Shown here piece after piece: positions 20,093-35,000 of a stretch of 64,000 bases of DNA. The notes beneath the pieces were generated by a model. That model did not search any database, was not told where the DNA came from, and worked only from the letters and a program-made list of their open reading frames with translations. A program made the translations under genes and the position numbers. The stretch comes from Eledone cirrhosa. Its lineage: Eukaryota. The stretch's first letter is position 1. Each line of letters opens with the position of its first letter. The DNA lies in contig OZ024741.1 of NCBI GenBank assembly GCA_964016885.1, positions 23,436,001 through 23,500,000 of the forward strand, read 5' to 3'.

Positions 20093-23000
20093 CAGTGTAC
20101 TGGGTACATTTTATCACAACACCAACACTACCACTGTACAGACTGTACTGGGTACATTTTACCACAGCACAAGCACTACCACTTTACAGACTGTACTGGG
20201 TACATTTTACCACAGCACCAGCACTTTACACTGTACTGGGTATATTTTACCACAGCACCAACACTACCACTTTACACTGTACTGGGTACATTATATCACA
20301 GCACCAGCACTTTACACTGTACTGGGTATATTTTACCACAGCACCAACACTACCACTTTACAGACTGTACTGGGTACATTATATCACAGCACCAACACTA
20401 CCACTTTACACTGTACTGGGTACATTATATCACAGCACCAGCACTACCACTTTACACTGTACTGGGTACATTATATCACGGCACCAACACTACCACTGTA
20501 CAGACTGTACTGGGTACATTTTACCACAGCCCCAGCACTACCACTTTACACTGTACTGGGTACATTATATCACAGCACTACCACTTTACACTGTACTGGG
20601 TACATTATACCACAGCACCAACACCACCACTTTACACTGTACTGGGTACATTATATCACAGCACCAACACTACCACTTTACACTGTACTGGGTACATTAT
20701 ATCACAGCACCAACACTACCACTGTACAGACTGTACTGGGTACATTTTACCACAGCACCAGCACTACCACTTTACACTGTACTGGGTACATTATATCACA
20801 GCACCAACACTACCACTTTACACTGTACTGGGTACATTTTACCACAGCACCAACACTACCACTTTACACTGTACTGGGTACATTATATCACAGCATCAAC
20901 ACTACCACTTTACACTGTACTGGGTATATTATATCAGAGCACCAACACTACCACTTTACACTGTACTGGGTATATTATATCACAGCATCAGCACTACCAC
21001 TTTACACTGTACTGGGTACATTATATCACAGCACCAGCACAACGACTTTACACTGTACTGGGTACATTATATCACAGCACCAACACTACCACTTTACACT
21101 GTACTGGGTATATTATATCACAGCACCAGCACTACCACTTTACACTGTACTGGGTATATTATATCACAGCACCAGCACTACCACTTTATACACTGTACTG
21201 GGTACATTATATCATAGTACCAAGACTACCACTTTACACTGTACTGGGTATATTATAACACAGCACCAGCACTACCACTTTACACTGTACTGGGTACATT
21301 ATATCATAGTACCAAGACTACCACTTTACACTGTACTGGGTATATTATATCACAGCACCAACACTACCACTTTACACTGTACTGGGTACATTATATCATA
21401 GTACCAAGACTACCACTTTACACTGTACTGGGTATATTATATCACAGCACCAGCACTACCACTTTACACTGTACTGGGTACATTATATCACAGCACCAAC
21501 ACTACCACTTTACACTGTACAGGGTACATTATATCACAGCACCAACACTACCACTTTACACTGTACAGGGTACATTATATCACAGCACCAACACTACCAC
21601 TTTACACTGTACTGGGTATATTATATCACAGCACCAGCACTACCACTTTACACTGTACTGGGTATATTATATCACAGCACCAAGACTACCACTTTACACT
21701 GTACTGGGTACATTATATCACAGCACCAACACTACCACTTTACACTGTACTGGGTATATTATAATCACAGCATCAACACTACCACTTTACACTGTACTGG
21801 GTATATTATATCACAGCACCAACACTATCACTTTACACTGTACTGGGTACATCATATCACAGCACCAACACTACCACTTTACACTGTACTGGGTATATTA
21901 TATCACAGCACCAACACTACCACTTTACACTGTACTGGGTATATTATATCACAGCATCAGCACTACCACTTTACACTGTACTGGGTACATTATATCACAG
22001 CACCAGCACAACGACTTTACACTGTACTGGGTACATTATATCACAGCACCAACACTACCATTTTACACTGTACTGGGTATATTATATCACAGCACCAGCA
22101 CTACCACTTTACACTGTACTGGGTATATTATATCACAGCACCAGCACTACCACTTTACACTGTACTGGGTATATTATATCACAGCACCAGCACTACCACT
22201 TTACACTGTACTGGGTATATTATATCACAGCACCAGCACTACCACTTTACACTATACTGGGTACATTATATCATAGTACCAAGACTACCACTTTACACTG
22301 TACTGGGTATATTATATCACAGCACCAGCACTACCACTTTACACTGTACTGGGTACATTATATCACAGCACCAACACTACCACTTTACACTGTACTGGGT
22401 ATATTATATCACAGCACCAGCACTACCACTTTACACTGTACTGGGTATATTATATCACAGCACCAGCACTACCACTTTACACTATACTGGGTACATTATA
22501 TCATAGTACCAAGACTACCACTTTACACTGTACTGGGTATATTATATCACAGCACCAGCACTACCACTTTACACTGTACTGGGTACATTATATCACAGCA
22601 CCAACACTACCACTTTACACTGTACTGGGTACATTATATCATAGTACCAAGACTACCACTTTACACTGTACTGGGTATATTATATCACAGCACCAGCACT
22701 ACCACTTTACACTGTACTGGGTACATTATATCACAGCACCAAGACTACCACTTTACACTGTACTGGGTACATTATATCACAGCACCAACACTACCACTTT
22801 ACACTGTACTGGGTATATTATAATCACAGCATCAACACTACCACTTTACACTGTACTGGGTATATTATATCACAGCACCAACACTATCACTTTACACTGT
22901 ACTGGGTACATCATATCACAGCACCAACACTACCACTTTACACTGTACTGGGTATATTATATCACAGCACCAACACTACCACTTTACACTGTACTGGGTA

Positions 23001-26000
23001 TATTATATCACAGCATCAGCACTACCACTTTACACTGTACTGGGTACATTATATCACAGCACCAGCACAACGACTTTACACTGTACTGGGTACATTATAT
23101 CACAGCACCAACACTACCATTTTACACTGTACTGGGTATATTATATCACAGCACCAGCACTACCACTTTACACTGTACTGGGTATATTATATCACAGCAC
23201 CAGCACTACCACTTTACACTGTACTGGGTATATTATATCACAGCACCAGCACTACCACTTTACACTGTACTGGGTATATTATATCACAGCACCAGCACTA
23301 CCACTTTACACTATACTGGGTACATTATATCATAGTACCAAGACTACCACTTTACACTGTACTGGGTATATTATATCACAGCACCAGCACTACCACTTTA
23401 CACTGTACTGGGTACATTATATCACAGCACCAACACTACCACTTTACACTGTACAGGGTACATTATATCACAGCACCAACACTACCACTTTACACTGTAC
23501 TGGGTATATTATATCACAGCACCAGCACTACCACTTTACACTGTACAGGGTACATTATATCACAGCACCAACACTACCACTTTACACTGTACTGGGTACA
23601 TTATATCACAGCACCAGCACTACCACTTTACACTGTACTGGGTATATTATATCACAGCACCAACACTACCACTTTACACTGTACTGGGTATATTATATCA
23701 CAGAACCAACACCACCACTTTACACTGTACTGGGTACATTATATCACAGCACCAACACTACCACTTTACACTGTACAGGGTACATTATATCACAGCACCA
23801 GCACTACCACTTTACACTGTACTGGGTACATTATATCACAGCACCAACACTACCCGTTTACACTGTACTGGGTACATTATATCACAGCACCAGCACTTTA
23901 CACTGTACTGGATATATTTTACCACAGCACCAACACTACCACTTTACACTGTACTGGCTACATTATATCACAGCACCAGCACTTTACACTGTACTGGGTA
24001 TATTTTACCACAGCACAAACACTACCACTTTACAGACTGTACTGGGTACATTATATCACAGCACCAACACTACCACTTTACACTGTACTGGGTACATTAT
24101 ATCACAGCACCAGCACTACCACTTTACACTGTACTGGGTACATTATATCACGGCACCAACACTACCACTGTACAGACTGTACTGGGTACATTTTACCACA
24201 GCCCCAGCACTACCACTTTACACTGTACTGGGTACATTATATCACAGCACTACCACTTTACACTGTACTGGGTACATTATACCACAGCACCAACACCACC
24301 ACTTTACACTGTACTGGGTACATTATATCACAGCACTAACACTACCACTTTACACTGTACTGGGTACATTATATCACAGCACCAACACTACCACTGTACA
24401 GACTGTACTGGGTACATTTTACCACAGCACCAGCACTACCACTTTACACTGTACTGGGTACATTATATCACAGCACTACCACTTTACACTGTACTGGGTA
24501 CATTATATCACAGCACCAACACTACCACTTTACACTGTACTGGGTATATTATACCACAGCACCAACACTACCACTTTACACTGTACTGGGTACATTATAT
24601 AACAGCACCAACACTACCACTTTACACTGTACTGGGTACATTATATCACAGCACCAACACTACCACTTTACACTGTACTGGGTACATTATATCACAGCAC
24701 TACCACTTTACACTGTACTGGGTACATTATATCACAGCACTACCACTTTACACTGTACTGGGTACATTATATCACAGCACCAACACTACCACTTTACACT
24801 GTACTGGGTACATTTTACCACAGCACCAACACTACCACTTTACACTGTACTGGGTACATTATATCACAGCATCAACACTACCACTTTACACTGTACTGGG
24901 TATATTATATCACAGCACCAACACTACCACTTTACACTGTACTGGGTATATTATATCACAGCACCAACACTACCACTTTACACTGTACTGGGTACATTAT
25001 ATAACAGCACCAACACTACCACTTTACACTGTACTGGGTACATTATATCACAGCACCAACACTACCACTTTACACTGTACTGGGTACATTATATCACAGC
25101 ACTACCACTTTACACTGTACTGGGTACATTATATCACAGCACTACCACTTTACACTGTACTGGGTACATTATATCACAGCACCAACACTACCACTTTACA
25201 CTGTACTGGGTACATTTTACCACAGCACCAACACTACCACTTTACACTGTACTGGGTACATTATATCACAGCATCAACACTACCACTTTACACTGTACTG
25301 GGTATATTATATCACAGCACCAACACTACCACTTTACACTGTACTGGGTATATTATATCACAGCACCAACACTACCACTTTACACTGTACTGGGTATATT
25401 ATATCACAGCACCAGCACTACCACTTTACACTGTACTGGGTACATTATATCACAGCACCAACACTACCACTTTACACTATACTGGGTATATTATATCACA
25501 GCACCAACACTACCACTTTACACTGTACTGGGTATATTATATCACAGCACCAGCACTACCACTTTACACTGTACTGGGTATATTATATCACAGCACCAAC
25601 ACTACCACTTTACACTGTACTGGGTACATCATATCACAGCACCAACACTACCACTTTACACTCTACTGGGTATATTATATCACAGCACCAGCACTACCAC
25701 TTTACACTGTACTGGGTATATTATATCACAGCACCAGCACTACCACTTTACACTGTACTGGGTACATTATATCACAGCACCAACACTACCACTTTACACT
25801 GTACTGGGTATATTATATCACAGCACCAACACTACCACTTTACACTGTACTGGGTACATTATATCACAGCACCAACACTACCACTTTACACTGTACTGAG
25901 TACATTTTACCACAGTACCAAGACTACCACTTTACACTGTACTGGGTACATTATATCACATCTCCAACAGTACCAGTTTACACTATACTGGGTACATTAT

Positions 26001-29000
26001 ATCATAGTACCAAGACTACCACTTTACACTGTACTGGGTATATTATATCACAGCACCAGCACTACCACTTTACACTGTACTGGGTACATTATATCACAGC
26101 ACCAAGACTACCACTTTACACTGTACTGGGTACATTATATAACAGCACCAACACTACCACTTTACACTGTACTGGGTACATTATATCACAGCACCAACAC
26201 TACCACTTTACACTGTACTGGGTACATTATATCACAGCACTACCACTTTACACTGTACTGGGTACATTATATCACAGCACTACCACTTTACACTGTACTG
26301 GGTACATTATATCACAGCACCAACACTACCACTTTACACTGTACTGGGTACATTTTACCACAGCACCAACACTACCACTTTACACTGTACTGGGTACATT
26401 ATATCACAGCATCAACACTACCACTTTACACTGTACTGGGTATATTATATCACAGCACCAACACTACCACTTTACACTGTACTGGGTATATTATATCACA
26501 GCACCAACACTACCACTTTACACTGTACTGGGTATATTATATCACAGCACCAGCACTACCACTTTACACTGTACTGGGTACATTATATCACAGCACCAAC
26601 ACTACCACTTTACACTATACTGGGTATATTATATCACAGCACCAACACTACCACTTTACACTGTACTGGGTATATTATATCACAGCACCAGCACTACCAC
26701 TTTACACTGTACTGGGTATATTATATCACAGCACCAACACTACCACTTTACACTGTACTGGGTACATCATATCACAGCACCAACACTACCACTTTACACT
26801 CTACTGGGTATATTATATCACAGCACCAGCACTACCACTTTACACTGTACTGGGTATATTATATCACAGCACCAGCACTACCACTTTACACTGTACTGGG
26901 TACATTATATCACAGCACCAACACTACCACTTTACACTGTACTGGGTATATTATATCACAGCACCAACACTACCACTTTACACTGTACTGGGTACATTAT
27001 ATCACAGCACCAACACTACCACTTTACACTGTACTGAGTACATTTTACCACAGTACCAAGACTACCACTTTACACTGTACTGGGTACATTATATCACATC
27101 TCCAACAGTACCAGTTTACACTATACTGGGTACATTATATCATAGTACCAAGACTACCACTTTACACTGTACTGGGTATATTATATCACAGCACCAGCAC
27201 TACCACTTTACACTGTACTGGGTACATTATATCACAGCACCAAGACTACCACTTTACACTGTACTGGGTACATTATATCACAGCACCAACACTACCACTT
27301 TACACTGTACTGGGTATATTATAATCACAGCATCAACACTACCACTTTACACTGTACTGGGTATATTATATCACAGCACCAACACTATCACTTTACACTG
27401 TACTGGGTACATCATATCACAGCACCAACACTACCACTTTACACTGTACTGGGTACATTATATCACAGCACCAACACTACCACTTTACACTGTCCTGGGT
27501 ATATTATATCACAGCACCAACACTACCACTTTACACTGTACTGGGTATATTATATCACAGCATCAGCACTACCACTTTACACTGTACTGGGTACATTATA
27601 TCACAGCACCAGCACAACGACTTTACACTGTACTGGGTACATTATATCACAGCACCAACACTACCATTTTACACTGTACTGGGTATATTATATCACAGCA
27701 CCAGCACTACCACTTTACACTGTACTGGGTATATTATATCACAGCACCAGCACTACCACTTTACACTGTACTGGGTATATTATATCACAGCACCAGCACT
27801 ACCACTTTACACTGTACTGGGTATATTATATCACAGCACCAGCACTACCACTTTACACTATACTGGGTACATTATATCATAGTACCAAGACTACCACTTT
27901 ACACTGTACTGGGTATATTATATCACAGCACCAGCACTACCACTTTACACTGTACTGGGTACATTATATCACAGCACCAACACTACCACTTTACACTGTA
28001 CAGGGTACATTATATCACAGCACCAACACTACCACTTTACACTGTACTGGGTATATTATATCACAGCACCAGCACTACCACTTTACACTGTACTGGGTAT
28101 ATTATATCACAGCACCAACACTACCACTTTACACTGTACTGGGTATATTATATCACAGAACCAACACTACCACTTTACACTGTACTGGGTACATTATATC
28201 ACAGCACCAACACTACCACTTTACACTGTACTGTGTACATTATATCACAGCACCAACACTACCACTTTACACTGTACAGGGTACATTATATCACAGCAGT
28301 AGCACTACCACTTTACACTGTACTGGGTACATTATATCACAGCACCAACACTACCCCTTTACACTGTACTGGGTACATTATATCACAGCATCAGCACTAC
28401 CACTTTACACTGTACTGGGTATATTATATCACAGCACCAACACTACCACTTTACACTGTACTGGGTATATTATATCACAGCACCAACACCACCACTTTAC
28501 ACTGTACTGGGTACATTATATCACAGCACCAACATTACCACTTTACACTGTACTGGGTATATTATATCACAGCACCAGCACTACCACTTTACACTGTACT
28601 GGGTATATTATATCACAGCACCAACACTACCACTTTACACTGTACTGGGTATATTATATCACAGCATCAACACTACCCCTTTACACTGTACTGGGTACAT
28701 TATATCACAGCACCAACACTACCACTTTACACTGTACTGGGTATATTATATCACAGCACCAACACTACCACTTTACACTGTACAGGGTATATTATATCAC
28801 AGCACCAACACTACCACTTTACACTGTACTGGGTACATTATATCACAGCACCAGTACTACCACTTTACACTGTACCGGGAACATTATATCACAGCACCAA
28901 CACCATCACTTTACACTGTACTGGGTACATTATATCACAGCACCAACACTACCACTTTACACTGTACTCGGTATATTATATCACACCACCAGCACTACCA

Positions 29001-32000
29001 CTTTACACTGTACTGGGTACATTATATCACAGCACCAGTACTACCACTTTACACTGTACTGGGTATATTATATCACAGCACCAACACTACCACTTTACAC
29101 TGTACTGGGTACATTATATCACAGCACCAACACTACCACTTTACACTGTACTGGGTACATTATATCATAGTACCAAGACTACCACTTTACACTGTACTGG
29201 GTACATTATATCACAGCACCAACACTACCACTTTACACTGTACTGGGTATATTATAATCACAGCACCAATACTACCACTTTACACTGTACTGGGTATAAT
29301 ATATCACAGCATCAACACTACCACCTTACACTGTACTGGGTATATTATATCACAGCACCAACACTACCACTTTACACTGTACTGGGTACATTATATCACA
29401 GCACCAGTACTACCACTTTACACTGTACTGGGAACATTATATCACAGCACCAACACCATCACTTTACACTGTACTGGGTTCATTATATCACAGCACCAAG
29501 ACTACCACTTTACACTGTACTGGGTATATTATATCACAGCATCAACACTACCACTTTACACTGTACTTGGTACATTATATCACGGCACCAACACTACCAC
29601 TTTACACTGTACTGGGTATATTATAATCACAGCACCAACACTACCACTTTACACTGTACCGGGAACATTATATCACAGCACCAACACCATCACTTCACAC
29701 TGTACTGGGTACATTATATCACAGCACCAACACTACCACTTTACACTGTACTGGGTATATTATATCACACCACCAGCACTACCACTTTACACTGTACTGG
29801 GTACATTATATCACAGCACCAACACTACCACTTTACACTGTACTGGGTATATTATATCACAGCATCAACACTACCACTTTACACTGTACTGGGTACATTA
29901 TATCACAGCACCAGTACTACCACTTTACACTGTACTGGGTATATTATATCACAGCACCAACACTACCACTTTACACTGTACTGGGTACATTATATCACAG
30001 CACCAGCACTACCACTTTACACTGTACTGGGTACATTATATCACAGCACCAACACTACCACTTTACACTATACTGGGTACATTATATCATAGTACCAAGA
30101 CTACCACTTTACACTGTACTGGGTATATTATATCACAGCACCAGCACTACCACTTTACACTGTACTGGGTACATTATATCACAGCACCAAGACTACCACT
30201 TTACACTGTACTGGGTACATTATATCAGAGCACCAACACTATCACTTTACACTGTACTGGGTATATTATAATCACAGCACCAATACTACCACTTTACACT
30301 GTACTGGGTATATTATATCACAGCACCAACACTACCACTTTACACTGTACTGGGTATATTATATCACAGCATCAACACTACCACTTTACACTGTACTGGG
30401 TATATTATAATCACAGCACCAATACTACCACTTTACACTGTACTGGGTATATTATATCACAGCACCAACACTACCACTTTACACTGTACTGGGTATATTA
30501 TATCACAGCACCAACACTACCACTTTACACTGTACTGGGTATATTATATCACAGCACCAACACTACCACTTTACACTGTACTGGGTATATTATATCACAG
30601 CACCAACACTACCCCTTTACACTGTACTGGGTACATTATATCAGAGCACCAACACTATCACTTTACACTGTACTGGGTATATTATATCACAGCACCAACA
30701 CTATCACTTTACACTGTACTGGGTACATCATATCACAGCACCAACACTACCACTTTACACTGTACTGGGTACATTATATCAGAGCACCAACACTACCCCT
30801 TTACACTGTACTGGGTATAATATATCACAGCACCAACACTACCCCTTTACACTGTACTGGGTATATTATATCACAGCACCAGCACTACCACTTTACACTG
30901 TACTGGGTACATTATATCACAGCACCAACACTACCACTTTACACTATACTGGGTACATTATATCACAGCACCAACACTATCACTTTACACTGTACTGGGT
31001 ACATTATATCACAGCACCAACACTACCACTTTACACTGTACTGGGTACATTATATCACAGCACCAACACTACCACTTTACACTGTACTGGGTACATTATA
31101 TCACAGCACCAACACTACCACTTTACACTGTACTGGGTATATTATAATCACAGCACCAGCACTACCACTTTACACTGTACTGGGTATATTATATCACAGT
31201 ACCAACACTACCCCTTTACACTGTACTGGGTACATTATATCAGAGCACCAACACTACCCCTTTACACTGTACTGGGTATATTATATCACAGCACCAACAC
31301 TATCACTTTACACTGTACTGGGTACATTATATCAGAGCACCAACGCTACCACTTTACACTGTACTGGGTATATTATATCACAGCATCAACACTACCCCTT
31401 TACACTGTACTGGGTACATTATATCACAGCACCAACGCTACCACTTTACACTGTACTGGGTACATTATATCACAGCATCAACACTACCCCTTTACACTGT
31501 ACTGGGTACATTATATCACAGCACCAACACTACCACTTTACACTATACTGGGTACATTATATCATAGTACCAACACTACCACTTTACACTGTACTAGGTA
31601 TATTATATCACAGCATCAGCACTACCACTTTACACTGTACTGGGTACATTATATCACAGCACCAGCACTACCACTTTACACTGTACTGGGTACATTATAT
31701 CACAGCACCAACACCCCCACTTTACACTGTACTGGGTATATTATATCAGAGCACCAACACTACCACTTTACACTGTACTCGGTATATTATATCACACCAC
31801 CAGCACTACCACTTTACACTGTACTGGGTACATTATATCACAGCACCAGTACTACCACTTTACACTGTACTGGGTATATTATATCACAGCACCAACACTA
31901 CCACTTTACACTGTACTGGGTACATTATATCACAGCACCAACACTACCACTTTACACTGTACTGGGTACATTATATCATAGTACCAAGACTACCACTTTA

Positions 32001-35000
32001 CACTGTACTGGGTACATTATATCACAGCACCAACACTACCACTTTACACTGTACTGGGTATATTATAATCACAGCACCAATACTACCACTTTACACTGTA
32101 CTGGGTATAATATATCACAGCATCAACACTACCACCTTACACTGTACTGGGTATATTATATCACAGCACCAACACTACCACTTTACACTGTACTGGGTAC
32201 ATTATATCACAGCACCAGTACTACCACTTTACACTGTACTGGGAACATTATATCACAGCACCAACACCATCACTTTACACTGTACTGGGTTCATTATATC
32301 ACAGCACCAAGACTACCACTTTACACTGTACTGGGTATATTATATCACAGCATCAACACTACCACTTTACACTGTACTTGGTACATTATATCACGGCACC
32401 AACACTACCACTTTACACTGTACTGGGTATATTATAATCACAGCACCAACACTACCACTTTACACTGTACCGGGAACATTATATCACAGCACCAACACCA
32501 TCACTTCACACTGTACTGGGTACATTATATCACAGCACCAACACTACCACTTTACACTGTACTGGGTATATTATATCACACCACCAGCACTACCACTTTA
32601 CACTGTACTGGGTACATTATATCACAGCACCAACACTACCACTTTACACTGTACTGGGTATATTATATCACAGCATCAACACTACCACTTTACACTGTAC
32701 TGGGTACATTATATCACAGCACCAGTACTACCACTTTACACTGTACTGGGTATATTATATCACAGCACCAACACTACCACTTTACACTGTACTGGGTACA
32801 TTATATCACAGCACCAGCACTACCACTTTACACTGTACTGGGTACATTATATCACAGCACCAACACTACCACTTTACACTATACTGGGTACATTATATCA
32901 TAGTACCAAGACTACCACTTTACACTGTACTGGGTATATTATATCACAGCACCAGCACTACCACTTTACACTGTACTGGGTACATTATATCACAGCACCA
33001 AGACTACCACTTTACACTGTACTGGGTACATTATATCAGAGCACCAACACTATCACTTTACACTGTACTGGGTATATTATAATCACAGCACCAATACTAC
33101 CACTTTACACTGTACTGGGTATATTATATCACAGCACCAACACTACCACTTTACACTGTACTGGGTATATTATATCACAGCATCAACACTACCACTTTAC
33201 ACTGTACTGGGTATATTATAATCACAGCACCAATACTACCACTTTACACTGTACTGGGTATATTATATCACAGCACCAACACTACCACTTTACACTGTAC
33301 TGGGTATATTATATCACAGCACCAACACTACCACTTTACACTGTACTGGGTATATTATATCACAGCACCAACACTACCACTTTACACTGTACTGGGTATA
33401 TTATATCACAGCACCAACACTACCCCTTTACACTGTACTGGGTACATTATATCAGAGCACCAACACTATCACTTTACACTGTACTGGGTATATTATATCA
33501 CAGCACCAACACTATCACTTTACACTGTACTGGGTACATCATATCACAGCACCAACACTACCACTTTACACTGTACTGGGTACATTATATCAGAGCACCA
33601 ACACTACCCCTTTACACTGTACTGGGTATAATATATCACAGCACCAACACTACCCCTTTACACTGTACTGGGTATATTATATCACAGCACCAGCACTACC
33701 ACTTTACACTGTACTGGGTACATTATATCACAGCACCAACACTACCACTTTACACTATACTGGGTACATTATATCACAGCACCAACACTATCACTTTACA
33801 CTGTACTGGGTACATTATATCACAGCACCAACACTACCACTTTACACTGTACTGGGTACATTATATCACAGCACCAACACTACCACTTTACACTGTACTG
33901 GGTACATTATATCACAGCACCAACACTACCACTTTACACTGTACTGGGTATATTATAATCACAGCACCAGCACTACCACTTTACACTGTACTGGGTATAT
34001 TATATCACAGTACCAACACTACCCCTTTACACTGTACTGGGTACATTATATCAGAGCACCAACACTACCCCTTTACACTGTACTGGGTATATTATATCAC
34101 AGCACCAACACTATCACTTTACACTGTACTGGGTACATTATATCAGAGCACCAACGCTACCACTTTACACTGTACTGGGTATATTATATCACAGCATCAA
34201 CACTACCCCTTTACACTGTACTGGGTACATTATATCACAGCACCAACGCTACCACTTTACACTGTACTGGGTACATTATATCACAGCATCAACACTACCC
34301 CTTTACACTGTACTGGGTACATTATATCACAGCACCAACACTACCACTTTACACTATACTGGGTACATTATATCATAGTACCAACACTACCACTTTACAC
34401 TGTACTAGGTATATTATATCACAGCATCAGCACTACCACTTTACACTGTACTGGGTACATTATATCACAGCACCAGCACTACCACTTTACACTGTACTGG
34501 GTACATTATATCACAGCACCAACACCCCCACTTTACACTGTACTGGGTATATTATATCAGAGCACCAACACTACCACTTTACACTGTACTGGGTATATTA
34601 TATCACAGCATCAACACTACCACTTTACACTGTACTGGGTACATTATATCACAGCACCAGTACTACCACTTTACACTGTACTGGGTACATTATATCACAG
34701 CCCCAACACTACCACTTTACACTGTACTGGGTATATTATATCACAGCACCAGCACTACCACTTTACACTGTACTGGGTATATTATAACACAGCACCAGCA
34801 CTACCACTTTACACTGTACTGGGTACATTATATCATAGTACCAAGACTACCACTTTACACTGTACTGGGTATATTATATCACAGCATCAACACTACCACT
34901 TTACACTGTACTGGGTATATTATAACACAGCACCAGCACTACCACTTTACACTGTACTGGGTACATTATATCATAGTACCAAGACTACCACTTTACACTG

